NCBI GenBank assembly: GCA_030141605.1
Contig: JAQGDQ010000373.1
Coordinates: 164,636-228,635 of the forward strand
Reading direction: 5' to 3'
DNA length: 64,000 nucleotides
From: Tubiluchus corallicola
Taxonomy: Eukaryota; Animalia; Priapulida
A program made the position numbers and the translations under genes. Shown here piece by piece: positions 26,191-38,904 of the stretch. The notes under the pieces are model-generated. The model saw only the letters and a list, made by a program, of their open reading frames with translations, was not told the origin of the DNA and made no database searches. The stretch's first letter is position 1. Each line of letters begins with the position of its first letter.

Positions 26191-27267
26191 CCCAGAACAC
26201 AAATGATAGAAGTGATGATAAAAAATTTCAAGACGACTTTTTAACTTTATGTAAGTAAAGGTTTTCGTGTGCTTTAAATACATATACAGTATCAGTGTAC
26301 GTGGTGATAATTATTTTGACCTGACAACACAGCTCGTCTATTCAACTTGGGCGGTGACCCTTCAAGGTGTTTTAATTAAAGCAGCCGAGCGAGAGAATAC
26401 AGCCCTTCTCAAATCAGATGGAATCTGGGTCAGACGGCTTTTTGAACAATATGAGATCTACAACTGTAGAGAGAGAGAGAACAAACCGCCTGTAGCTAAA
26501 GTATTTTAAACACAAAACAGTCCCTAAAAAAGAAATGAATTTACTCTGGCTCGCAAAGTTCTCAACTGTGGATTTCACCCGTTGTTTTTCTATCCCAAAG
26601 AACAAGCTCGCTAATTACATAGTGTACTACTTTATTTAATACGCTAGTTTTTATGAATAAAAATCACAAATTTAATTATGATTAGCTCGTGCGTTAACAT
26701 ACGATTCTAGGCTACACTAATACAATAACAAGCAATTTAGCAAAGGACTGTCTTTATAACGCATTACTAGGCTACAGATTGTTTTCTTTAAATTTAGTTC
26801 AATTCAGTTTTAACAAAGTTAAAATAGCTAAAAAAACGTCTTCAAAAGTGCATATAAAAACTAGTTCACCCAATGCTGCAGTCATTCTCGACATAGGACT
26901 GTTTAGTATGTTCAAATATTTTTTATTATTACAGTAATAAAGTTAATAGGCAGGATGTAGCAAGCATTTATAATTTTTCATGATTATCTATATACAAACT
27001 TTTGAAAGAACACGAATTAAGCGATCGTTTGGTAAAATTTTATCATAACATGAAAAAAATATTTAAAATACCGAAAACTGTGGTTCAGGTTGTCAAATTT
27101 GAATGCTTACAAGCTGTGCTGTGCTGCAAAGCAAACAATACTATCCCTACGTGCTCTGCTTCAGTGCAAGTATAAAGAGAGAACAAAAGAAAAACATTTA
27201 TTATATTGAATACTATTGATAATATTGAGTGAAAATAGGGGGTGCTACTGTTCCACACCAGCTATAG

Positions 27268-27445
27268 TAAGTAAGTAAGTAAGTTTATTAGTTTATCGCC
27301 ATTTTTAAGATAGCAATATACATAACTAAGTGATTTATAAATCTGTACAACATACAATAATATTACAAAGTGCAAAAGTAATTATTGATTAGTGATGAAA
27401 GGGTGGCGCAAAGAACTTAAGTTATTGAGGTCAGCCACCCTCTCA
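27268..27445 (-). mobile_element. LINE/SINE 3' tail with GGGTGGC...GCCACCC stem-loop and (CTTA)n tail
   Basis: Same stem-loop and short-tandem tail architecture at 48110-48310. Confidence 0.55.
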
Positions 27446-28499
27446 GAATTGTTACTAGTATAATTAATAAATTAATGCGCATGTACCAGGTAATTAAAAA
27501 TACCAGGTAATCAGATTTTGCATTTAAGACGAATGAAAATTTAATTATTATACGAATGGGTTAGTTTATAATAAAATAATGTTCAATAATGGGAAAGAAG
27601 AGACATACGATAATTTAACTTTTACTATTTAAAGATAGTCACGTGTGCCGCTACTGCTTATAAGTATTCTCTTAAAGGAGGGCCCTCTTTTTGGGATAGT
27701 AATAAATGGGACTAGCGGAGCTCACCTAGTCTGGCTGTCAAAGGGTTATAACAATGTATCATTGATTGTATATCAAGGTATGAGTTATGCGACGTATCTG
27801 ACCTAGTTTAGCTAATAATAACAACGCAATTAGAGGCGATGCAGCAGTCTACAGCAAGAACCTACCCAGACAGCTGTTACTCAGTTTAGAAATCAATTAG
27901 CTCAGCTCGACCCAGAAAACTTGCGTCCAGAAACAACCAATTGCTAAAAACCTAAACAAAGCAACAGTCAAAAACATCAGACAAGCCTCCCCCCTCCACC
28001 CTCCCTAGCTAATGCAGCAGCTCTCCCTTCCTGGCAAAAATTTTGAAGCATACAGTACATCGCTTTCTGTCGTCAGTAGTACACAGCATGCAAGCTGAAG
28101 CTTCCAGCTCAGGGCACGGTGGGAGATTGGGGAGAGGGATTGGGGGGGGGGGGGGCGTGATACCTAAGAGACTGACACTTCCCAGAAAACAGGCGTCTTA
28201 GGGGTGATTTTAATTCAACTGTTACTAAAGCTGGACTGAAATTCGAAACGGAATAATATACACATTACCAAGCAAAAATGCCATAGCGCCATTAAACCTC
28301 GTTCCCAGATACATTACAAAAATAAATGCAATTACGGCCTCAATTAGGAGAACTACTGAACGAAACACTGAACAGTTCGAGTGGCATAGCCCATAAAACA
28401 GCAATAATATAGCTATTTACAAGTATACACATAATTAAGACAAATATCAGCCAGGTATTAAAATCACGCTACCTTCTCCCCCGAGACGAGTGGAACATG

Positions 28500-28905
28500 C
28501 CTGATGACGTAATTGACCTTTTACTTGGTCAACAATGAGCAATATTTGGCAGTCATACGTAATAAAAGCCGAGCCATTTTGCCCGACGTATTGAAAACAC
28601 ACAAAACCTTTCACGCTGCAAACATGCCAATGGTTTTGGAACCATGCCAAGTTTTTGCAAGGCAAAAGCTTGCTATTTACAAACTTTCCACTAATGAGCA
28701 AGTGGGCATGTACACGCGCAGGTGGCGCCCCAAGCGCCCTATAGGTCAAGGTCAGAGCGCAGGCGGGAAACCGACGTCACCGCGACCTGCTTTCCGAATC
28801 TCAGGACGGGATAAAACCAGTAACATCTGGTTAACAGCGTAGGAAAACTTGATTAATTAACACGTCAGCCGCTTGTAGCGCCACCGTCGTCGCCCTGGGT
28901 AATTC
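28500..28905. promoter_or_regulatory. Candidate intronic enhancer/promoter (motif-dense, CpG-containing)
   Basis: GCAGGTGGCGC (CTCF-like), AGGTCAAGGTCA (28743-28754), GGCGGGAAA (E2F-type), GACGTCA (CRE-like) within ~70 bp. Confidence 0.4.
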
Positions 28906-29576
28906 ATCATCTGCAACTGATGTAGTACTTTCAACAACGAGGAAAAATGATTCGGTAAAAGAAGTCAACAACTAGAAACGACTGCAGAACTACTGCCGAA
29001 TGCTGAAAACAAATCTTTGGTCACGTGGAGCTTGTTTAGCGTCTGGACCATAGATATGTTTGTGGTCTGCTCGCCAGAGTGCCACCGTGAATAGCAAGAA
29101 AAGGGACATGCGAAACCAAACAAGTGGGAGCTCCAATATAAATAGATTCATGCTTGTAAGCGCGAAGCCATCTTAGCCATGCTTTGGATAACCTTGGAAA
29201 CAGATTAGCTAACGAACTTTTTTTACTTTTCTAAAATCATTTGACATTCGTTTTTTTGTCTGCGCCATTAACACCCTCCCGAGCGGGAAAGGCAGGAAAT
29301 TTATTGCCCCAGAGCATGCGACGTGTTAGCAAGTATTTGCTTGGCCCCGTTCTGCAGGCGGTAACACAAACAAACAAACAATCATTACTGTCGCCTGGAA
29401 AGCCACGCGCGTAATTTCTACCCCGAATAAGAGAGACAAGCGGATGGCAAATGATGTTATCAACTCAAGAAAAAACCTAATTGTGGAGACAACTTGCAAA
29501 AAATCAATAACTTAAATGAACACTGTTAATAATTTATTTACTGTTAAGATAATTTGTTTTAACTTAAATAACTTAA

Positions 29577-29882
29577 AGGATGATTTTTCATCTATACTAC
29601 CCCATTTTCAAGTCCCATAAAAAGTGTACATTTTAACACAACCAATACTGCAAAAAGCCTTTCTGATAATTAAATAATACATTAAAAACTTAATTAACGG
29701 CGGCGAGCCCACCTACTGATGACATCACAAACCAACATAATTTTCAACAGCAATGATATTCCACGAGCATGTTGCACGTGCTTTAAATTGAAGTACAGTG
29801 CTACTGTAAAATATTCAGTGTGTAGTATTAAAACTAGGCATGTTCTAAGATAAAAATTCAAATTTACCGCTGTGTTCACGTC
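29577..29882 (-). mobile_element. Partial family B MITE
   Basis: TTAA|AGGATGATTTTTCAT..TACTACCCCATTTTCAAG..., as at 35067. Confidence 0.75.
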
Positions 29883-30406
29883 ATAAACCAATCGTGCAAT
29901 CACCAAAAAAGGGCATTGATACAGATTGTAGAGCATTCTCTACCTAAGGGGTCATGTACAGCATGCAGCAGCTCACTTTATACATTTGCTGGGTCAAATG
30001 CTTTCTGTGTCGTGAAACGAAAAACCGCACATTTTAATGCTTCCTGCATTTCTGAAATAACAGCTAGCCTACAAAAATGGGCGAGGTACAATTGGTGATC
30101 TGCTCAGGCCCACCCACCGCTGAAGTAAGTTTTGCTGGGTCACATCAACTAAAACTGTCCTACCAAAACTTGGGCTGGTTTGTTCCCCATTAAATATACC
30201 TTCCATTTGGTGTTTTTGTTATCAGTGCACAAGGACATAGTTTTTCTATTTGGCGCATCTCAATATTGATTTAGCAGTACATCAATTACGGCAGGTTTTT
30301 TTTTCAAGGGCGTCTACAAGCACATGGTGTTGTAACAAGGAAAGAGACCACCTCTTCATAGTTCGTCTCGTGTTTAGCAGTACTCTTATATATATATGTA
30401 CATGAA

Positions 30407-30871
30407 GAGCGGCGGATTATGATTTTATGGGCCTTAGGCTTGAGCTTGGAACGGGCCTTTTAAATGTTGCTACACTGCTGAGCTGACGTGTTTTTGTGGA
30501 GCTCTCGTCGTTTGTAAAGTATGACAAATTAAACAATTTATCACTGATGCATATTGAGTCAGATATGTTGAAAAAAATGGACTTTTCAGAAATTATAACT
30601 GACTTTGCCCCCAGAAATATTCGGAAACTGAAATTTTGAACTTAAACTTAAACTGTGTAAACGTGAATTGTGTAAACTTGATTTGTGTAAACCCGATTTG
30701 AAATATAGTGACTGACTTTTGAAAAAAAAAACTTTTTTCTATATTTTATTTTGGCGGTCCCCTTGCTCTTTTGTCAATTTATTTTTTTACAAAAATTTTT
30801 TTCGTTTTATTTTGCCGGGCCCCTTTTCATCCCGGGCCTTAGGCTTCAGCCTATAGGGCTATCCGCTACAA
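30407..30871. mobile_element. hAT-type MITE with 8-bp TSD
   Basis: Perfect TACATGAA at 30399-30406 and 30872-30879; degenerate TIR GAGCGGCGGAT / ATCCGCTACAA; subterminal GGGCCTTAGGCTT repeated at both ends. Confidence 0.75.
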
Positions 30872-31049
30872 TACATGAACTTTATTTATTTTGAGTGGAT
30901 TTACAACACAGTAGCACTGATCACAGTATTTCCACTATGCCCAACGTCAAGGATAGTTATATACAATTAGTTCATTCGAGATTGTATGACTCAAAATAGC
31001 AAATTCAAAAAAAATAGTTCATTGGTTAATACTTAATTGAAATTTAATA

Positions 31050-31600
31050 TACAAAACCCATACAACAGATACGAGAACACAAACGATTCTCGATGTACAA
31101 AAGCCTATAAGCCCATGCAAAGTATATATAAGTTGTACATTGTAATGTGCAATGTTGATACTTAACTCAGAAATCCAATACACGTGGAATTAGTACAATT
31201 AGTGTAGTATTACGGTTAATACAGCGGTACACATAGTTGATTCTAGCATTTATATAAGTTGTTTATTGAAAAGACAGCTGACATAATAACTTAAAATACA
31301 ATTATACGTACAATCAGTTAACAAAGCGTTTAGTGGACTTTATGTAGTTCTGCAACAATTTGAAGAGAATGCCACTGGATGGATGACCTGATCTGAGTTT
31401 ATGAAAAAGTCGTTGTAAATAATAGCAGTTCTAGGGTTGGCGTGTAATTCTTGAGTTGTGTCGATAATAATAGAGCTGATCCAATCATAGTGTTTTGTGT
31501 GTGTGTGCGTGTCATAGTTTAAACACTCAAAAAATAACGGCGGGCTCTCAGTCGAATTGTTGCAGCTACAGCTAGCAGATCTGCCTTTGTTGTGGCAGGA
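31050..31600 (-). mobile_element. Degenerate LINE 3' remnant (same type as 12520-13063)
   Basis: Minus strand CSCNNSTES..LFFECLNY and, in another frame, ILFKLLQNYIKSTKRF. Confidence 0.65.
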
Positions 31601-31977
31601 CCGGGGTTTAGGAACAATCAAGAATAATCCTCTAAAGTGAGGTAACGGAAGATGAGAATCTATCTGTACTGAACCGACGGAACGTTCCGCCCCAGATATC
31701 AAAATTCGAAAAGCACACGCCATGACCACTAGACTGTACAGTACAGACTGTAGACTCGAACAGTACGAAGAGAAGGATTGTGAGTTCGAATCGAGTAAAA
31801 AAGCAAGACAAGTAAGAAGTGGCTACTGGGTACTGGCGTTCTATTGAACACGCGCACGGAATATATGAGCTATAATATAACGCTATACAGCAGAGAGATG
31901 CTGACCAAACTATGATGTTGAAGACGAAGCGTCATAAAAGTACTTCAGTCTAAAACAGCGAAAGCTCTGAATGTTAA

Positions 31978-32595
31978 AGGAAGACAGGATGATTTTTCGT
32001 ATCCTGCCTACCCCATTTTCAAGTCCGATAAAAAGAACATTTTAATACTGCAAACGCGCTCCTGATAATTATTAGGAGATTATAGATAATAATTATAGAT
32101 AATTAAATAATAGATTAAAAACTTAATTAGCAGCGGGCGAGCCCAACTAGAAATGACATCACAAACTAACATAATTTTCAACAGCAAAAATATTCCACCA
32201 GCGTGTTGCACATGCTTGCGAAAGCGAAAATTGAAGTACAATGCTACTGTGAGACATTCAGTGTGTTGTACTAAAACTAGGCTTGTTTTAAGATAAAAAC
32301 TCAAAGTCCAAATTTACCACTGGGCTCACACATGAGCTGTCGAACGTGTGTAATTCATCGCAAACTAACACATCCGAACTGAAAGGTAGATCACCTGTTT
32401 TTTGTTTTCGAAATGCAGGCGTTAGTGCCCGTCCAGCTAGCAAATGGCGAAACGCATATAACAGCTAGAAACTAGTGGCGCAAACGTGACATTGTGTTTG
32501 TGTGGTAATAATTCTTTCACGTAAGTCATTTTTAAAAAATAGTATGTTTCCTTTCAATATTTCAAAGATTCTTTTGATTTAGGTCCGGTTTTGCT
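31978..32595 (-). mobile_element. Kolobok-type TTAA MITE (family B), full length
   Basis: TTAA|AGGAAGACAGGATG ... CCGGTTTTGCT|TTAA. Confidence 0.88.
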
Positions 32596-32763
32596 TTAAA
32601 ACATCAGCTCTAGCGAGTCATCAGATACAATTAGAAGGTAATTACACTGGACCCATTAAAGCAAAGAAAAATAGACCACGCTTGCGAAAGTCGCTTAAAA
32701 TCTGCAGTAAACTTTACACCAGGGAACAACTGTCGGCAGTAGATTTTCAAGAAAATCGGGTAA

Positions 32764-33273
32764 TTAACAACAAAATTGTAACGAACCTGCGGGGACGTTG
32801 TAAGATAATATCCACGTTATCAAGAGACAAGATGGTTGAGATTCGTTAAAGGAGGAGACAATTTTCAAGTGATTGTTGATTGTGATTGTTGGCTTCCTTC
32901 TGCCTCGGAAGACAATGGAGTGTGCGCCAAGAGAGTCAGTTATTGATGGAGCTGCAGCGTCGACTGTGGCTGAGCAGTGCGATCCTTGAACGTCTCCAGG
33001 GCGCACGTCTGAGCAATGTGTATGGAGATCCTGAGTTGCCCAGACAACAGGAACCCCCTCTCTTCCTTCCTGGTGTAGTCCAAAGGAAAGCGGAGCGATA
33101 CGTTTGGCACCAGGTTGGCTGCAGGAGCTGCCGGAGTCAGTGGGGCTCCACTCCTGATTTGGAAGGTTTACTCCTCTACACATGGCCGTTGGGTCACTTG
33201 ACCTCCTCCGCCCGCTTAGCCGTTGGCTGCTTGTGCAGCTTCGCCGCCTAGTGTCGAGATACAGTGTGGGCAT
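32764..33273 (-). other. GC-rich 169-codon ORF inside the WNK intron, same strand as WNK (candidate alternative exon)
   Basis: ATG at 33273, MPTLYLDTRRRSCTSSQRLSGRRRSSDPT...; non-repetitive; possible donor GCAG|gttcgt at 32787/32786; no recognised homology. Confidence 0.3.
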
Positions 33274-34489
33274 CCCGCACCTGGTATAATTTTCAAGTAT
33301 CTCACAACTTACTTGAACTTGAAAGCACGTACTTGAAAGCAATGTTTGAAAGACTTATTGGAAAAGAAAATTCAAAGTACTGCAAAAACTTCGCGCCAAC
33401 TCGCTAAAATGTCACTGACTGGCCCAACACAAACTCTGTGCGATATAATTCAGTAGGTTGGTGATTCAAAATTTCAAGATGAATTTTTTATCTTTATGTA
33501 AATAAAGCGTATCCTTGTGCTTTAATGTTGATTTTACGTTACCGCTAATGCAAGCTCTGCACTCTGTAAGACAGTACGCATTTCACATTTGTTTAAGTGT
33601 CAAAAATACATAAAATACAAGAAAAAAGAGCAAGACAAACAAGCAATTTCAATTTTGAAATATAGTGACACTGCAAACAAACAAAACAATTACTGATAAA
33701 ACAAATCTTATTAAATCTTCCTGTTAGTTATTTTAGTTATATAATTGAAAAGTTTAATGATTAGTATTTAGAATAAATTGACGTTCATCAGGCCTCATTT
33801 TCAATGATATGATCATTACATAGTATATTGTTCATAAAAACGCTTTTCAACGTAATCAATAAATGCCCTAATTACTTCTAAATCCCATCTAGTATACACC
33901 TAAGTGATATAAGATTTCAGGACGGTTTTTTAGCTTTACGCAAGTATAGGGTGTTCTTGTGCTTTAATGATGATTTAAATATGGACGCCTGGGAGTTCTA
34001 ATAAGTACAAATTGTACACACAAATACTTGCGTGAGTGACGCTACTGTTATTGTTAAGCGGCTTGAATGTTATTATTATTTGTCAACTTGTTAAACAAAC
34101 TGTTTATTTAGTTGCAGTGATGTACAATGAGAGCCTAATGTCATTCCGCGACCTCCAAACTCCTTTCATGTATTTCCTGCTTCAACCAACAGACGTCGCT
34201 GGCACTGCGCGCACTGAAAGACGGGCCGAACGCACAGTTTGCGTTTTGTGTTTAAAATTTTGATGTTTAGAATTGAAAACGTTTGAAAACTGCTTAATCC
34301 CACTCCAGAAACAGTTCTTCTGAAGTTCCAAGAGACGCTTGAAAAGTGACGTCACAGAATGAGAAGTGCTATATTCGTGTTTAAACTATTTGTATTGGAA
34401 AACACATCCTGAATAGTTCAGTCATTTCCTGACAAAGAGTTCAACATAAAACCAAAAGCCAAAGCTGACGGAAATCATACCTCCTAAAA

Positions 34490-34812
34490 AAACTCCGCCC
34501 ACGAATCATGGAATATAATCGTGGCACGCATGCGCAAAGCTGTAAGCGGTACCATTATCACTATGATTTTACATATCCTACACTCTACTAAACCAAACTA
34601 CCCACGCAAAAATAGCCAAAACCGCGCGGCCTACAACACCATCTCCCCCCGCCTGCAATGCTCGAGTCTCACCACCGCCGCCTCCAACGGAATGTACAGT
34701 AGGAGCAGACTGTACACAGAAGCGATACAGCCTGTAGGCATGAACCATTTAACCGATAAATAAGGTTAAAGTTGACAGGGCATTGGTTACGCTCGCTCGG
34801 GCGGGCTGCCTT
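34490..34812. promoter_or_regulatory. Candidate internal promoter cluster
   Basis: CTCCGCCC, GCACGCATGCGCA (NRF1-type), CCCCCCGCC, CATTGG (CCAAT on minus strand), GGGCGGGC. Confidence 0.35.
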
Positions 34813-35066
34813 TCCATGAACAAATTTATGGTGCAGAAGAACAGATAATGTACAAAGTGGAATGTGTTGAAAAGAGGTGTGAGGTGAGGGTCCTCATAGC
34901 CATCGGGTCATTTTTCATGATTTCGAAAAGGAAAGCTACTGAAACGCGGACAGAACTCAGGCTGACCACTGGCCAAGCAAATGCAGCACGGTGTCCTTCA
35001 AAGACAACGGACTTCTGTAGTACTGGGACACGAGGATTAATGGTGGGATACAAAAGAGTTGCTTAA

Positions 35067-35600
35067 AGGAAGACGGGATGATTTTTCATATACTACCCCA
35101 TTTTCGTCCGATAAAAGTATGCATTTTAACACAATTAAGACTGCAAAAGCCCGTTTCTGATAATTAAATAATAGATTAAAAACTTAATTAACGGAAACAA
35201 TTTTCAACAGCAAAAATATTCCACGAGCGTGTTGCACGTGTTTGCGAGAGAAAATTGAAGTACAGTGCTACTGTAAGATATTCAGTGTGTTGTACTAAAA
35301 CTAGGCAAGTTTTAGGTAAAAATTCAAATTTAAAATTTATGCACACGCATGAGCTGTCGAACGTGTCTAGTTCATCACAAACTAACACATCTGAACTCAG
35401 AGGTGCATCAGCAGCTGTTTTTGTGCGATGCTTTTCTGAAATGCGGACGCTAGCGCCCGTCTAACTAGCGAATGGTGAAATTGTGTTTGTGTGGTAATGA
35501 TTCTTTCACGTAAGTCATTTTTGAAAAAAAAATTGTGTGTTTCCTTTCAATATTTTTCAGCAGATTGTTTTGACCTACAGTTTAAGATTGGATCCGGTTT
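35067..35600 (-). mobile_element. Kolobok-type MITE (family B)
   Basis: TTAA|AGGAAGACGGGATG ... GATTGGATCCGGTTT. Confidence 0.85.
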
Positions 35601-35887
35601 TAAGTTTACATCTAGCCTCGCAATCTCCCCCCATGTTGTAGAACAAGAAAATCATTAAAGTACCAATAATGATTATGAATTACCTGTGTTGTTTCATCTA
35701 CGCGGATGTTTAGATTGCATCTTGTACAAACAAGCGTAGGTCAAAAAGTTGTATGAAAACTATTTGTTTAAACTCTTTAACGGTTTGAACGGCTCACCAA
35801 AAGCCGTTTGACTGGCAAATGCGCGGGACACAAAAGCCGTTGTCGAATCTTTTTTTTCTGCTTTTCATGCAGGTAAGGGGGATGTTT

Positions 35888-36242
35888 GAAGCAAAATCTT
35901 AAACTGTAGGTCAAAACAATCTACCCTTTGAAATATTGAAAGGGAACATACTATGTTTTTCAAAAAATGACTTACGTGAAAGAATTATTACCACACAAAC
36001 ACAATTTCACGTTCCCGTTACTCGTTTTTCGCTGCTACATGCATTTCGCCAATCGCTAGTTAGACAGGCACTAGCGTCCGCATTTCAGAAAGGCATTGCA
36101 TGAAAAATAGATGCAATACCTCTCAGGTCAGATGTGTTAGTTTGCGATGTACTACACACGTGTGACAGCTCATGCGTGAGTAACAGCGGTAAATCAGAAA
36201 TTTGAATATTTATCTTAAAACTTGCTTAGTTTTAGTACAACA
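35888..36242 (+). mobile_element. Truncated family B MITE
   Basis: Homologous to 9922-10250; breaks off at TTTAGTACAACA just before the duplicated segment 36248-36486. Confidence 0.8.
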
Positions 36243-36490
36243 TATATAGCACGATATTAGATGTTGACAGTTTGGACTTTTGAACTAACACGACGCTTAA
36301 CGCGATTCAGCTACATTGAGTAATAGTCCTGTGACCATATGACGAGTTAAGACAGAATGAATGAATCAGTCATATTCGAATGATAAACAACACAGGCAGC
36401 CGTCTGATTTACGAAGAACAGCCTACACACAATCTCATATCTAGTCTAAACAGGCTCTTACTGACAGACTACTTAGTGACTAACCTTTAA

Positions 36491-37114
36491 AGGACAAAAA
36501 AGGGGTACCGGAAGTAGGTTTCAGAAAAATCGCCTTGAAAATTATAGTACTTTACAGCAACATTATGCGTAATTCGTACTGAGGTTAAATGTATTTTTTC
36601 TTTGTTTTCATTTTAAATCGCCCGTAATGACGTCACATAGGCAAACGTAAATCAGGGGCAACAAAAGGCAATGTTAAAATATGCTCCAACAAAACTTTCT
36701 ATGCAAATCTATATTAATTACCATTTCGCCTACCTGCTGGTAACTAGAAATAATAATTTAAAATGTTCGTGCCAATTGGTAAAATGTCGCTGGCTCACCC
36801 TCCAGGGTGCGCCCCTCACTAACCAAAAACGGTTTTTTAATCTTATTGACAAGATACAGTAATTTAAAATTTTATTTAGTTAGTGATGTGTGCAGTACGA
36901 ATGCTCTGATTATTTTTTTCAAACTTTACTCAGTGTTATGTAAACTTGTTTCAAAAGTCCTGCCGCCAAAATGGCTGCGTCTAACGGTCATCGCGGGAGT
37001 TTAAAGTCACAAATTTTATACAGCGTTACTGCACGCAAAAAAGCAGTACGTAAATGATATAAAATTTCAAGATAATTTTTTAAGTTTCATGCAAGAGAGG
37101 GGTTTTCTTTCGCT
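36491..37114 (+). mobile_element. Kolobok-type TTAA MITE (family C), full length
   Basis: TTAA|AGGACAAAAAAGGGG ... TTTTCTTTCGCT|TTAA. Confidence 0.87.
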
Positions 37115-37451
37115 TTAACTATAGAACGTGAAACGACTCTACAACACTTTGACTAGCGTGTAGCTTTCTAGATCTGAGCAGTGAGTCAGCGTAAGTTAAA
37201 TCCACAATAACGAAAGTATACAACATGCTTCAGACAGTTACAACAAGATAATACTTGGCCTGATAGTAATTTCTTTTAGAAGATTTGCATTTTGAATTGA
37301 AAGCACAAGTTCTTTTTAAATACTACGACAAAAACCGACATATATTAGTATTACTATAAAAGTTCATCTTTAGTTCGTCATTATCAAAAACTGTACAAAT
37401 ATATCTAAGCACCATCTCTTACATTAATATTCTTGGTATCTTAATATATTT

Positions 37452-37875
37452 ATATATATATATAAGATTCGAGGCTACAGGGCACCATTTGCGGCGATCT
37501 ATACATCAAACGAAAGGTCTCGATGTAGTGTCGTGCCATTGATGGTTTATTTTTCGAATTGGGCCCACCGGAAGGAAGGGTGGGGGGGGGGCGAAAAACC
37601 TCCAAAAATGGCCATTTTCGGCCGTTTTTTGCAAAAGTTATACGGCTGAGATGTAGAGAACGGGAACGGGCCGAGGGGGTGCTGGGTATGGTTAGATAGC
37701 CCGTTCAGCGGTGGGTGTAGTAGGCATATTTAGAATTCGTGAGAGGGCCACGGGGTCCCGCAACGGGCGTTTTCCCGGACCCAACTCGCGATTTTTTCGA
37801 AATTTTGACCAAACAGCATGCGGGAAAAACGTTCTAGCGTCGCCCGGTGGGACTCTCGGAAGGAGATATATAGCT
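37452..37875. mobile_element. GC-rich insertion, possibly a non-autonomous Helitron/Helentron-like element
   Basis: Abrupt GC-rich block starting in (TA)n, with TATACATCAAACGAAAGG and a G-run; no TIR/TSD seen; classification tentative. Confidence 0.35.
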
Positions 37876-38033
37876 CTTTACAAAGAGGAAGGACATATAG
37901 CTAATAAATTGCTTCATTTAATGCCAGTTATTACTTTATTACATGCTAACAATTTTCCTTGTAAAATGTGCAATAGCAGCAGTTCACGTATGTACAATCT
38001 CACATGCAAAGACAGATCGCTCGTACTAATCAG

Positions 38034-38527
38034 TAGGGGTGAGCATCGAACGCTCGAATTCGATTCGAACGAGTTTTTTTAGTTCGAACTCGATTCGAAT
38101 CCAAAACTGTAGATTCGAATAATTCAGCACTTCAATCACACATGTTCTTTATCACTAAAACGATTGAAACATCATGCAATTAGCATAATTTAGCCGTGAT
38201 TTCTGCGCACAATTTGAAAGAAATTACTAGTTGTTTTATTGCAGAACAAAATCTAGTGATATGCACGATCTTTGTAAGACTAATTTTTGCTGGTGGTTCG
38301 AAAACTTGTTCGAAAATCTTTCGATCTCAATTCGAATTCGGTTATTTTTGCTGGTGGTTCGAAAACTTGTTCGAAAATCGTTCGATCTCAATTCGAATTC
38401 GGTTCGAATTCGAAACACTGAAGTTCGGTTCGAATTCGAAACACTGAAGTTCGGTTCGATTCGAATTCGAAAGCCACAAATTCGGTTCGATTCGAATTCG
38501 CTTTCTGGTAGAGAATGCTCACCCCTA
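38034..38527 (+). mobile_element. TTCGA-rich hAT-type MITE
   Basis: TIR TAGGGGTGAGCAT / ATGCTCACCCCTA; 8-bp TSD CTAATCAG / TTAATCAG; internal tandem duplications. Confidence 0.87.
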
Positions 38528-38904
38528 TTAATCAGACAGTGCAATACAGACTCTAAATTAGAATTAAACTGCTCCATTAGCCGTGCATAACGCATGAGAA
38601 AAATTCACGGGTTCATTACAAGCATGATTAGGTGGACGAGTGAGAAGAGCAAGATATGGCCTGCAGCTATCACATGAGAATTTCAGGAGCGTGATGATAA
38701 ACCGTCAGGGAATGCGACAAGATCTCCCACAGGCTATCCTGCGCCAGACGCAACAACACGATAAAAGCATGCACAGCAAAAACTACTGTACGCTTTTCTA
38801 CAACAAACATTGGCAGTCTCAAACTGGCTAGGTGAAGTACGGTAGAGGTGAGTTGATATTATAACCAACACGAACAAGTCGATTTTCTAATGGACATTCG
38901 CTCC

